Shown: positions 15,649 to 25,056 of the stretch, piece by piece
Layout of the letters: each line of letters opens with the position of its first letter
Numbering within the stretch: position 1 is the stretch's first letter
UHGV virus genome: UHGV-0254345
Strand: one strand, 5' to 3'
Length of the DNA stretch: 25,301 nucleotides
DNA from: a virus
Translations under genes and position numbers: made by a program
Notes under the pieces: generated by a model
Told to the model about the DNA's origin: nothing
Seen by the model: the letters and a program-made list of their open reading frames with translations, nothing else
Database searches by the model: none

Positions 15649-15927
15649 ATGACAACCATTTTTATTAAACCTGCGCCGGGATGCCTGATTCGCGATCCCG
15701 ACACGATGACTCCGCTCTCACAGGACGGTGAAGAGAAACCCTTCACCCCGTTCTGGTGCCGCCGTCTTAATGATGGCGACGTCATTGTGGTGGATAAAAC
15801 GGCGGAGCCTGCCCCGGCTGCCACAACTGCTAATACCGGCGAGGCTGCAAAACCAGCGGGAGCGGTAGCAGAAAAAACTGCGGCGGTGGCTGAAAAAACC
15901 GCAGCATCAGATAAGGGGACGTCCTGA
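15649..15927 (+). CDS. small protein, Mu gp38-like
   Basis: GAGGA SD; 92 aa with short internal repeat AEKTAAVAEKTAA; precedes sheath gene. Confidence 0.55.
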   Translation: MTTIFIKPAPGCLIRDPDTMTPLSQDGEEKPFTPFWCRRLNDGDVIVVDKTAEPAPAATTANTGEAAKPAGAVAEKTAAVAEKTAASDKGTS

Positions 15928-17429
15928 TGATTAACTTTGATTATATCGGCGATAACAATCGCATTCCGCTGGTACAGATTGAAATCAATAATTCAATGGC
16001 CGTGACCGGCACTCCACCACAGCGTCAGGCGGTACTGTTGTTTGGTCAGGCTGCAATGAAAGACACTACCATTCAGGGGCGCGGTCAGCTTGATGTACCA
16101 GTACGTATTACCCGAGCTTCACAAGCAAGAGAACTCTGGGGGCGAGGTTCCATGATTGCACTGATGGTAGAGGAATTTATCGCCATTAACCCTGACACAG
16201 AGTTATATGCCATTGCACAGGGGGCTGGAACAGGTCAGTCCAGGGCATGCGTGATGAATATCATTGGAACAGCATTGGCAGACGGGGTATTAAGTGTTTA
16301 CATCGGCGGTCGCCGTTACCTCCTGCCCGTCAGTAAGGGGAAAAAAGGTAAAGAGCTTGTGGAAGAGCTGGTTAAGGTCATTAACGCTGACACTGATGCG
16401 CCATTCACTGCTATCGCAGCTGAAGTCAGTGGTGATAATGCTGAAGGACTTAAAGGCAGCATGGGGGTTAACGCCCGCTTTATCGGTGAATGCTCAGCTC
16501 ATGATTTACGGGTGAACTATTATGACGGTGAAACTACACCGGCCGGTCTTACGCTGGAGCTCGTCGCGCCAACACAGAAGGCAACAAACCCCGATATCAC
16601 CCGTAGCGTCTCAGGGATGGGGAATCGTCAGTACAACTACATCGTCATGCCCTATAAGGATGCGGCAAATCTCAAAATTCTGGCGGATGAACTGCTGAAA
16701 CGCTGGGGACCGGTAAAAATGTCGGACGGTATGGTCTGGATGGCGCATACCGGCACCTTCGGTACGGCAACCAGTTTTGGTGAATCCCGTAATGACTTCC
16801 TGTTTACCTGCACTTCTATTCCTAAAGCACCAGAGCCGGATTATGTCTGGGCGGCCTCCATTTGTGCGGTCTGTGCGCCCTCCCTGTCAACGGATCCGGC
16901 CCGACCATTACAGACACTGGCGCTGCCTGCCCGTATGGCACCTGAAGCACCGGCTCGTCTGACGCGGGAAGAACGAAACAGCCTGCTTTATACCGGCATG
17001 TCCACGGTGACCGTCGCGGCCGCTGATGTGGTGCAGATTGAACGTCAGGTGACGATGTACCGTCAGAATGCATACGGCGAAAGCGATCCCAGCTATCTGG
17101 ATGTGGAAACCATCTACACCCTGTCATATCTGCGTTATTCTCTGCGCACCTTTATCACGCAGCGTTTCCCGCGCCACAAACTGGCCGATAACGGTACTCC
17201 CGTCCGGCCCGGTCAGAATATCGTGACGCCGGAGATTATGACGCTCCAGCTGATTGCACTGGGGGAAGAATGGGTGGATCTGGGACTGGTCGAAAATCTG
17301 GACACCTTTAAAAAGAATCTGCTCGTGGAGCGCAACACAAAAGACCGTAACCGTCTGGATGTGATGTGTACACCGGATCTGGTTAACCAGTTCCGCTTCA
17401 TGGCCGCGCAGATCCGTTTCATTTTGTGA
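15927..17429 (+). CDS. tail sheath protein (Mu L-like)
   Basis: 500 aa; directly upstream of tube gene; contractile-tail synteny. Confidence 0.8.
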   Translation: MINFDYIGDNNRIPLVQIEINNSMAVTGTPPQRQAVLLFGQAAMKDTTIQGRGQLDVPVRITRASQARELWGRGSMIALMVEEFIAINPDTELYAIAQGAGTGQSRACVMNIIGTALADGVLSVYIGGRRYLLPVSKGKKGKELVEELVKVINADTDAPFTAIAAEVSGDNAEGLKGSMGVNARFIGECSAHDLRVNYYDGETTPAGLTLELVAPTQKATNPDITRSVSGMGNRQYNYIVMPYKDAANLKILADELLKRWGPVKMSDGMVWMAHTGTFGTATSFGESRNDFLFTCTSIPKAPEPDYVWAASICAVCAPSLSTDPARPLQTLALPARMAPEAPARLTREERNSLLYTGMSTVTVAAADVVQIERQVTMYRQNAYGESDPSYLDVETIYTLSYLRYSLRTFITQRFPRHKLADNGTPVRPGQNIVTPEIMTLQLIALGEEWVDLGLVENLDTFKKNLLVERNTKDRNRLDVMCTPDLVNQFRFMAAQIRFIL

Positions 17430-17437
17430 GGTAAGGC

Positions 17438-17803
17438 ATGAGCGGAAAACAGTATCAGGGCACGGCCACCATCCGTGTGAACGGACAGGAGTACGCCACC
17501 CTTGAGGGAGCCACGTTCTCCCCGTCCGGCTTTGAGCGTGAAGTGGTGAAAGGCGCGAAAGTCTACGGCTATCGCGAGAAACCCCGTGAGGCGACGCTGG
17601 ACTGTAAATTTCCGGCTGGCGGAGAAGGTTCACCGGCTGCCGATGAAATCAACACCTGGACTGCGGTCACGATTGAGTTCGTGGCCGATACCGGTGAAGT
17701 CCACATGATGACGAAGGCCTGGAGCAGTGAACCGGCCTCGCTTGACGGTGGCGGGGAGATCTCCGTGAAGTTCGCCAGCGCCTCCAGTACCCGTGTTCAG
17801 TGA
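17438..17803 (+). CDS. tail tube protein (Mu M-like)
   Basis: GAGGTAAGG SD; 121 aa; follows sheath. Confidence 0.8.
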   Translation: MSGKQYQGTATIRVNGQEYATLEGATFSPSGFEREVVKGAKVYGYREKPREATLDCKFPAGGEGSPAADEINTWTAVTIEFVADTGEVHMMTKAWSSEPASLDGGGEISVKFASASSTRVQ

Positions 17804-17817
17804 TCAGGAAAAATAAA

Positions 17818-18294
17818 ATGACCACACGTAAGAAAAAAACGGCAGTTTCCGAGGCAGCCGTGATGGAGGCAATCCGGGAAGCACTTGAGGGGGCTGATCC
17901 ACGCACTGCCGGGCTGACAGAGCAACTGGCAAAGGGATATGTGGATCTGCTTGATGGTCTGCCGTTTGGTGAGACCCGTGAATATCGTGTCACGTTCCGG
18001 GAACTGACAGCGAAAGACAGTATTGACGCAGAAGCAGAAGCCGAGCGCGTGGTGGAGACAAACAATGGCCCGATGCTGATAGCGTCTCCGTCGTTACGCG
18101 GTGTTGCACTGCTGCGCCGTCAGATTGCCGCAGTGGGAGACATTGAAGGTCCGTTGTCACCCCGTCAGATTGGACAGTTAAGCGAGCGCGATCTCTCCCG
18201 CCTGATGGCAGCGGTCAGCCTGCTGGATACCGCGCTTGCCGGAAAGCTGGCAGCTGACCGGGGGCGATCAGGCGCAGTGTCGGGATCAGATTGA
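17818..18294 (+). CDS. tail assembly chaperone (Mu gp41-like)
   Basis: ATG 17818 with AGGAAAAA upstream (ORF track's earlier start at 17800 is GTG inside the tube stop); located between tube and tape measure genes. Confidence 0.6.
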   Translation: MTTRKKKTAVSEAAVMEAIREALEGADPRTAGLTEQLAKGYVDLLDGLPFGETREYRVTFRELTAKDSIDAEAEAERVVETNNGPMLIASPSLRGVALLRRQIAAVGDIEGPLSPRQIGQLSERDLSRLMAAVSLLDTALAGKLAADRGRSGAVSGSD

Positions 18295-18418
18295 AGAAGC
18301 GGCAATTATCCTAGGGATGGTGACAAAAAGCGGTCCGGAATGGGCGCTTAACCTCCCCCTGTCGCAACTTTACCGGCACTGCCGACAGACAGAAAAAATC
18401 ATCAGAACGAAGCAGTAA
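18206..18418 (+). CDS. alternate-frame extension of tail chaperone (putative programmed frameshift product)
   Basis: Second frame open from 18206 to a stop at 18416-18418, 2 nt before the tape-measure start, overlapping the chaperone 3' end; the expected chaperone-extension arrangement, but frame relation is +1/-2. Confidence 0.35.
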   Translation, partial: WQRSACWIPRLPESWQLTGGDQAQCRDQIEEAAIILGMVTKSGPEWALNLPLSQLYRHCRQTEKIIRTKQ

Positions 18419-18420
18419 GT

Positions 18421-20496
18421 ATGGCCCGAAATCTCAGAGCATCTCTGATAGTTGATTTGCTCGGCAATATCTCAGCCAAATCCCGCCAGTGGTCACAGGA
18501 GCTGGGGGCATTCTCACGCTCCGGCCAGGCGGGGCTGGGTGGCCTGGGAAATGCTGCCCGCCGTGCCGGGCAGGAAACAGATGTACTCGGAAGCAGGATG
18601 CAGCGCACGCTGGCCGGGGTGCGGGGCAGTATCCGCCATGTCACTTCTGATTTTGACCGTCTTCAGGGCAGTATTACCGGCACCATCGGGCGGATCAGCA
18701 ATCTTTACGGAATGCTGGCCGGTGGTGCTGCTGTATATGGCTTTAACCGGGGATTTATTCGCCCGGCAGCGGAGATGGAAACCTATATGATTCGCCTGAA
18801 CTCCCTTTACAAAGGGGATCGGGCGAAAACTGATGATGTCCGCAGGTGGGCAATACAGAATGCGAAGGAAACCACCTGGGGGCTGGCTGGCGTCATGCAG
18901 GAATATACGTCCAGTCTGGGCTTTGGTATGAGTGACAGGGAGGCCCGAAATTTTGTCACCATGCTTCAGGATCAGGGTGCCGTGGGCGGCTGGTCACTGT
19001 CCGATGCACAGGGGGCATCCCTGCAACTGAAACAGATGTATGCAAGAGGCAGTATTCAGGCGGCGGATGCAAATATTCTTGCCACCTACGGCATTAATGC
19101 CTACCGCGTGCTGGCTGATCGTCTGGGTGTGGACCAGAAAGTGGTCAGAAAACTTGGTGAAAAAGGGCTGCTTGGGCCGGACAGTATTCGCCTGTTATTT
19201 CAGACGCTGGCGGAACAGGCCAGGGGAGCACAAAAGGACGCAATGAATTCCTGGAGTGGCCTGACGGCCATGATGGGTGACGTCTGGGACCAGTTTGCCC
19301 GGGATGTGATGGACAGTGGGCCATTTGAAAAACTGAAGGGTAATCTCAGGGGATTTCTTTCATGGGTTGACAGTGCCAAATCTGATGGCAGTTACCATTC
19401 CCTGGCGGAAAGCACGGCATCAGCCATGAACCAGGGCTTTGAGTATGCCCGTGATGCAGTGACAGGGTTTTATCAGGCGATCAGAAAGGTACGCGACACG
19501 CTTCAGGCTCTGCGGGATGCGGGCTATGGTGATGCGCTGGATCGCATTGGTCAGGGGGCACAGACCGCCGCGAAATACCTGCTGTACATGTATCTCGCCA
19601 CCCGTGCCCTGAAAATGGCGCGAGCTGTCGGAACGGGGATTATACGTCCGGGTGCTGCATTGCTGGGATACGGATTATCAGCGGCGGCCTTCCTGACCTC
19701 ACCTTTCCGGCGCTCTCCTCCGGCCGGAACACCACCAGGCACATCTCAGGGACGAGGGCAACGTTTTATAAACTTTCTTACCGGGGTAAATCCGGCAGCC
19801 GTTCAGCCAGTACTTGTAACAAACTGGCCCACAGGAGGACTGTCCGGCACCGGCGCGACCGATACATCCTCAGGCGGACGTCAGGGGCGGGGCCGCAGGA
19901 AACGCGGACCGGGGCGCGGAAGACCGGTCACGCCCCCCCTGCCACCGTCCCCAGTGCCACCGTCTCCCTCTTCTGGTGGGGCAGGGTTCTGGGGGCGCAT
20001 GATGGGGCGCGCCGGTGGGTTACTTTCGTCTGTCGGTAGCCGCATGGGGCTGGGGCGTTTCTCCGGCTTTTTCCGCAGTGCCGGTGGACTGGCCGGCCGG
20101 CTGGGTGGAGGTGCCCTGTGGGCTGGCGCGATGGCAGCCCCGGTTCTGCTGGATGGCAGCGCCAGTGCCACAGACAAGGGAGAAGCGGTCGGCTCTCTTG
20201 CAGGCAGTATTGCCGGTGGTGCGCTGGGGGCGGCAGCCGGACCTGTGGGGATTGCCATTGGTTCTACGGTGGGCAGCTATCTCGGTAACTATCTGGGGGG
20301 ATGGCTGACTGAAGCCTGGCAGAAATTACGGGGCAGTGATGATGAAAGCAGTGGACAGGCGGTACAAAAAGCCTCTGCCCGTGTGGAGCTGGTTGCCCCG
20401 GAAGGGTGGCAGGCTCGCAGTATTGATATTGATGACACGTCCGGTCACGGACTGGATGTGAATGTCTGGAACGGAGGGAATTATGGCCTCTGGTGA
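18421..20496 (+). CDS. tail tape measure protein
   Basis: 691 aa; Gly/Pro/Arg-rich low-complexity C-terminal third; position after chaperone. Confidence 0.8.
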   Translation: MARNLRASLIVDLLGNISAKSRQWSQELGAFSRSGQAGLGGLGNAARRAGQETDVLGSRMQRTLAGVRGSIRHVTSDFDRLQGSITGTIGRISNLYGMLAGGAAVYGFNRGFIRPAAEMETYMIRLNSLYKGDRAKTDDVRRWAIQNAKETTWGLAGVMQEYTSSLGFGMSDREARNFVTMLQDQGAVGGWSLSDAQGASLQLKQMYARGSIQAADANILATYGINAYRVLADRLGVDQKVVRKLGEKGLLGPDSIRLLFQTLAEQARGAQKDAMNSWSGLTAMMGDVWDQFARDVMDSGPFEKLKGNLRGFLSWVDSAKSDGSYHSLAESTASAMNQGFEYARDAVTGFYQAIRKVRDTLQALRDAGYGDALDRIGQGAQTAAKYLLYMYLATRALKMARAVGTGIIRPGAALLGYGLSAAAFLTSPFRRSPPAGTPPGTSQGRGQRFINFLTGVNPAAVQPVLVTNWPTGGLSGTGATDTSSGGRQGRGRRKRGPGRGRPVTPPLPPSPVPPSPSSGGAGFWGRMMGRAGGLLSSVGSRMGLGRFSGFFRSAGGLAGRLGGGALWAGAMAAPVLLDGSASATDKGEAVGSLAGSIAGGALGAAAGPVGIAIGSTVGSYLGNYLGGWLTEAWQKLRGSDDESSGQAVQKASARVELVAPEGWQARSIDIDDTSGHGLDVNVWNGGNYGLW

Positions 20497-21832
20497 CGGT
20501 CGTGGTGCGTTCCGTGGTGTGCCGTTCCTCGTCTGGCGTGAGCAGCGCGAACGTGGCGGGCGAAACATTGTCCGTCGGGAGTATCCGTTACGGGAAACCG
20601 GTGGTGCAGACGATCTGGGACCTAAACTGGCTGAATTTACGTTCAGTGTACTTGTGATGGGGGATGATGTTCAGACACAGCGAAATCGTCTGCGTGATGC
20701 CCTTCGTGCTCCCGGTGCCGGGGAGCTGCTTCACCCGGATTACGGCACGTTAAATGTGCTGATAAACAGCTTTGAAAGTCGTTATAACGCTGCTGAACAG
20801 GGCGTGGTTGAGTTCACCATTAATGTCACGCCGGTAAGTGATGATACCGCACCTGCTGTCACACAGGACACGGCCGCCATTCTGGAGCAGAAGAGTACCA
20901 CCGCGCTCGGGAAGGTTTTTGAAACCCTGGAAGCGGGCTGGACGGTGATTTCTGACGGAATGCACGATGTCCAGGCAATGACCGAAACCATCAGCGATAA
21001 GGTGTCCGCCCTGGAAAATGCCGTTTCCGGCATGGGGATTGTACAGGATATCAGTGCCTTTACTGCCACGTTCACGGCGCTGAAAGGGAATGCCACGGCA
21101 TTACTGACAGCACCTTCCCGCATGGCCTCATCTTTTGCGGGGCTTTTCAGTGCCCTGATCACCCTGCCATCGCTGCCGTCACTGTCTTCAGGAGGCCTGA
21201 ATACCCGGCCCGGAGGCAGTATCGGTCGGACGACATCCGCCGTCTCTCAGGGAATGCCGCAACTGTACAGGACATTATCTTCCCTGCGTTACGTGCTGGA
21301 TGAGCAGGATAATCCGCAGACTCTCATCGGTCTGACACCGGCAGCACAAAAGAATATTCGTCTGATACGGGCGGTAATGCAGAGTGCTGCCGTGGTGGCC
21401 CAGGCACAGACCGTGGGAAAACTGCTGGATCAGGTTCTCAGTCAGGAAACCCTGCCGGACAGTGACGCAGCCCACCGTACCTGGCCTGTCTGGCTGGAAA
21501 GTTCAGTTGATCTTCAGCGCATTAACCGTGACTTAAGCGAAGCGCTCGAACGGCAGGTGATGACACTGTCCGGGCAGGGGTATACCGCCACGGCGCTGAC
21601 GCTTCGTGATGCCAGACTGGCACTGACAGAGGATCTGAATACACGGGGAGTTCAGCTACCCGGTGCAACAGTAGTGACTGTACGTACCACCGAGCCTGCA
21701 CTGGTGACCCTGTACCGTGCCACCGGGAACAGTACCGGCTGGCAACGTTTTGTGCGCCGTAACGGTATTGTTGATCCGCTGTTCATTCCCGGAGGCCATT
21801 CAGTGGAGGTGATTAGTGAGCAGCAGGGTTGA
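20483..21832 (+). CDS. DNA circularization protein N-like tail protein
   Basis: ATG 20483 preceded by GGAGGG (preferred over the ORF-track start at 20462); about 449 aa; Mu gene order TMP-N-P. Confidence 0.7.
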   Translation: MASGDGRGAFRGVPFLVWREQRERGGRNIVRREYPLRETGGADDLGPKLAEFTFSVLVMGDDVQTQRNRLRDALRAPGAGELLHPDYGTLNVLINSFESRYNAAEQGVVEFTINVTPVSDDTAPAVTQDTAAILEQKSTTALGKVFETLEAGWTVISDGMHDVQAMTETISDKVSALENAVSGMGIVQDISAFTATFTALKGNATALLTAPSRMASSFAGLFSALITLPSLPSLSSGGLNTRPGGSIGRTTSAVSQGMPQLYRTLSSLRYVLDEQDNPQTLIGLTPAAQKNIRLIRAVMQSAAVVAQAQTVGKLLDQVLSQETLPDSDAAHRTWPVWLESSVDLQRINRDLSEALERQVMTLSGQGYTATALTLRDARLALTEDLNTRGVQLPGATVVTVRTTEPALVTLYRATGNSTGWQRFVRRNGIVDPLFIPGGHSVEVISEQQG

Positions 21833-22940
21833 ACTGTATCTGGGCGGTGAGATTTTTTCCGGCTGGCTGACGGTCAGCGTCCGTCGCTCGCTGGAGCATC
21901 TGGCCGGGTCGTTTGAACTGGGGCTGATGCTGCCCGGTGAGCGCATCCCCTCAGCCCTGCGAACCGGTCAGTCCCTGACGCTCAGAATTAACGGGCAGAC
22001 GGTCATCAGTGGCTGGCTGGATCAGGTCAGTCAGCGGATCAGTGCAACCCGTCATCAGATCAGCATCAGCGGTCGGGATAAAACCGGCGACCTGGTGGAC
22101 TGTGCCGCCATCCATCCCGGCAGCCAGTGGCGCAACCGGACGCTGGCACAGATTGCCGCAGATTTATGTGCGCCCTTCGGGATAGCCGTGCGCTGGCAGG
22201 TTAACGACGACACGGCTGCACGCCCCTTCAACTCTTTTACGCTGGAAAACTCAGAAACCGTGGCGGATGCGCTGACCCGTGCTGCCCGGCATCGCGGGGT
22301 GCTGGTGACCAGTAATGCTGACGGCGATCTGGTGTTCACCCAGGCAGGAAGCCAGCAGACGGACAGACTGGTGCTGGGAGATAACCTGCTTGATGCCGAT
22401 TACAACACGGACTGGCGAGGACGATACAGCGAATACCGTGTCCGGGGACACGGGCGCGGTGGTGGCAAACGGGGAGACAGCGAATCCGCCGCCCGTCTGG
22501 CAGCACCTGTGGGCGTCATCAGTGATGAGCAGATCGGCCGCTACCGGCCGAAAATCATCCTCGCCGATCAACAGACAGACACCACCGGTGCACGGCAGCG
22601 TGCCCTGCGTGAAATGCGCCGTGCGATTGCCCGTTCAGAACGGTTTTCTGCCACCGTGCGTGGCTGGTTCCGGGATGATGGCCGGTTATGGGATGTCAAT
22701 CTGCTGACCGGTGTTTCAGCCCTGCGTTTCGGTATAGAACAGACTGAACTGCTGGTCTGTCAGGTGGAGTTTTTACTTGATGAACATAACGGGGAAGTCA
22801 CCCGGCTGGTACTGGCACCGCGTGACGGCTTTATCGTTCCGGCAGAGCCGGACAGTAAGGGCCGGGGTGGTTCCGGTGACGATGTTGATGCCTTTATTCG
22901 CCAGCAGATGAAAAAACAGGGGATCAGCTTTGATGAATGA
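21816..22940 (+). CDS. tail/baseplate protein (Mu P / gp44-like)
   Basis: GTG start with GGAGGT 5 nt upstream; 374 aa. Confidence 0.7.
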   Translation: MSSRVELYLGGEIFSGWLTVSVRRSLEHLAGSFELGLMLPGERIPSALRTGQSLTLRINGQTVISGWLDQVSQRISATRHQISISGRDKTGDLVDCAAIHPGSQWRNRTLAQIAADLCAPFGIAVRWQVNDDTAARPFNSFTLENSETVADALTRAARHRGVLVTSNADGDLVFTQAGSQQTDRLVLGDNLLDADYNTDWRGRYSEYRVRGHGRGGGKRGDSESAARLAAPVGVISDEQIGRYRPKIILADQQTDTTGARQRALREMRRAIARSERFSATVRGWFRDDGRLWDVNLLTGVSALRFGIEQTELLVCQVEFLLDEHNGEVTRLVLAPRDGFIVPAEPDSKGRGGSGDDVDAFIRQQMKKQGISFDE

Positions 22941-23544
22941 TGAAGTGTTCAGCCGCCTGATTGCCCCGGTAACGCGCGGTATTCGCCTGTTGTTTGGCCG
23001 GGGCGTTCTGACCGGCACACATGACGAACTGAAAATGCAGAATGTGCAGCTCACCGGCATGGACGGCGAAACCTTTGATGATGTGGAGCGTCCCCAGCAG
23101 TACGGGCAGATCAGCGTTCCCCTGCCGGGTGCGGAAACCTTTTTTGCCTGTCTGGGCGGACAGCGGGATCAGACTGTGGTGCTTGTGGTGGAAGACCGGC
23201 GCAGCCGCCCGACCGGACTCACAGCCGGAGATACGGGGGTGTATCACCATGAGGGGCACCGGATACGGTTAACAAAGGATGGTCGCATTATTGTGACATG
23301 CAAAATGCTGGAGATTTACGCCGATGAGGGGATGCGGGTGGATACGCCGGAGGCCACCTTTACGGGCAATGTGACGGTGGATAAAAACCTGCATGTTAAG
23401 GGTAATTTCGTGCTTGATGGTACAGGTAAATCAGACGGGCTGTTCACGATGTCTGATGCCGTTATTGCCGGGATCACCTATTCCGGCCATGTGCATCAGG
23501 ATAACGGCAAAGGCAGTAAGACAGGAGCGCCGGAGAATGGCTGA
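22933..23544 (+). CDS. baseplate spike / assembly protein (Mu gp45, P2 gpV-like)
   Basis: ATG 22933 with AGGGGA upstream; about 203 aa; baseplate synteny. Confidence 0.7.
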   Translation: MNDEVFSRLIAPVTRGIRLLFGRGVLTGTHDELKMQNVQLTGMDGETFDDVERPQQYGQISVPLPGAETFFACLGGQRDQTVVLVVEDRRSRPTGLTAGDTGVYHHEGHRIRLTKDGRIIVTCKMLEIYADEGMRVDTPEATFTGNVTVDKNLHVKGNFVLDGTGKSDGLFTMSDAVIAGITYSGHVHQDNGKGSKTGAPENG

Positions 23545-23974
23545 TATTGCAATTGTATGGGATCAGGGGTGCGGTTCGCTGCAACTGAACGGTGCCGACC
23601 TGCTGACGGATGACAGTCTGCTGACGGCCGTTCTGATTTCGCTGTTTACTGACCGCCGGGCGCTGGCATCGGATGAAATCCCTGACGGTACGCGTGACCG
23701 CCGGGGATGGTGGGGAGACAGTTTTCGCCCGCGTCCCATTGGCTCCCGTCTGTGGCTTCTCCGCCGGGAAAAAACGCTGGCCTCGGTGATAAGCCGTGCC
23801 CGTGCTTACGCGGATGAGGCGCTGGGCTGGCTCAGTCAGGATGGCGTGGCGTCATCCGTGGTCTGTCATGCAGAACGTGTGGGACACGCGCGGCTGGCGC
23901 TTTCGGTGCGCATAACCCTGCCTGATGGTTCAGTGAGGCCCATGATTTTTTATGCTGATCTTAAGGGGGAGTAA
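23537..23974 (+). CDS. baseplate protein (Mu gp46-like)
   Basis: ATG overlaps upstream stop (ATGGCTGA); 145 aa beginning MADIAIVWDQ; the ORF-track start at 23393 lies inside the upstream gene. Confidence 0.7.
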   Translation: MADIAIVWDQGCGSLQLNGADLLTDDSLLTAVLISLFTDRRALASDEIPDGTRDRRGWWGDSFRPRPIGSRLWLLRREKTLASVISRARAYADEALGWLSQDGVASSVVCHAERVGHARLALSVRITLPDGSVRPMIFYADLKGE

Positions 23975-25056
23975 TGCCTTATCAGCCTTTACCGCTGGCA
24001 CAGTTAATCACGCAGACACAGCAGGATATCAGCCAGCGCCTGCCCGGCTCGCAGCCGGGTGTGAATGAAACCACCCTGAATGCCATTGCTTACGCTCAGG
24101 CAGGGTTATCTGCTCAGGAGCATGAGCATCTGGCCTGGATTGCGCGTCAGATCATCCCGACCGAAGCCGATGAAGCCGAACTGCTGAAACACTGTGCATT
24201 CTGGGGCGTCATGCGTAAGCCTGCCTCTCGGGGGGACGGGCCGGTTCAGCTGATGCTGACCACGGATGCGGGGATCAAGGAAGGTGTGCTTCTCCAGCGA
24301 AGTGATGGTGTGGTTTACCGTATCACCACCTCCCTGACCGGTAAGGCCGGTACGCTGAATGTCAGTGTGGAAGCCGAAAGTGCCGGTCGTGCGGGGAATG
24401 CCCCGGCAGGGACAAAACTGACATTTATCACACCGCAGGCGGGGATCAACCAGACGGCCACGGTGACCGGAACGGGGATCACCGGTGGTGCGGATGTGGA
24501 AACCGTGCCGGAGCTGCTTTCCCGTCTGGTTTTCCGGGTGCAGAATCCACCGTCCGGCGGCACGCAGTATGATTTTGAACGCTGGGCGCGTGAAGTGCCG
24601 GGCGTGACGCGGGCATGGTGCCGCCCGGAATGGCCGCAGGCGGGCAGCGTGGGGGTAACGTTTGTTCAGGATAATAACCCGGACATTTTCCCCGGTGACG
24701 GTGATGTTCAGCGGGTGGCGGATTATATCCGCAGTCATGATGATCCGGCGACCGGCCAGCCTGTCGGACAGCCTCTGGGGCCGACGGTGACCGTGTTTAA
24801 ACTGACCAATAAGCCGGTGCCCTTCAGCATCAGGATCATCCCGAAAACACCGGAGAATCAGGCGGCCGTAAAACAGGCGCTGACCGACCTGTTGTATAAC
24901 GAATCCCGGCCCGGCGGTCTGGTTCTGCCGTCGTCTTTCTGGCGGGCGGTGGCAGGGGTGAAAAATCTGGAGGATTTTGAAGTGCGCAGTCCGCTGACGT
25001 CAGTTCAGGCGGGAGACAGTGAGCTGCTGACGGTAGGAGAAATCACATGGCTGTAA
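23974..25056 (+). CDS. baseplate J-like protein (Mu gp47-like)
   Basis: AAGGGGGA SD; ATG overlaps upstream TAA; 360 aa. Confidence 0.75.
   Translation: MPYQPLPLAQLITQTQQDISQRLPGSQPGVNETTLNAIAYAQAGLSAQEHEHLAWIARQIIPTEADEAELLKHCAFWGVMRKPASRGDGPVQLMLTTDAGIKEGVLLQRSDGVVYRITTSLTGKAGTLNVSVEAESAGRAGNAPAGTKLTFITPQAGINQTATVTGTGITGGADVETVPELLSRLVFRVQNPPSGGTQYDFERWAREVPGVTRAWCRPEWPQAGSVGVTFVQDNNPDIFPGDGDVQRVADYIRSHDDPATGQPVGQPLGPTVTVFKLTNKPVPFSIRIIPKTPENQAAVKQALTDLLYNESRPGGLVLPSSFWRAVAGVKNLEDFEVRSPLTSVQAGDSELLTVGEITWL

Noticed and set aside
15841-15915. CRISPR-like array
   Set aside because: Only two short coding repeat units within an ORF, with no spacer structure; no CRISPR array exists in this window.
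19881-20308. Minus- and plus-strand alternate ORFs inside the tape-measure gene's Gly/Pro-rich region
   Set aside because: Low-complexity GC-rich sequence generates open frames on several strands; the tape-measure frame is the only one continuous with flanking gene order.
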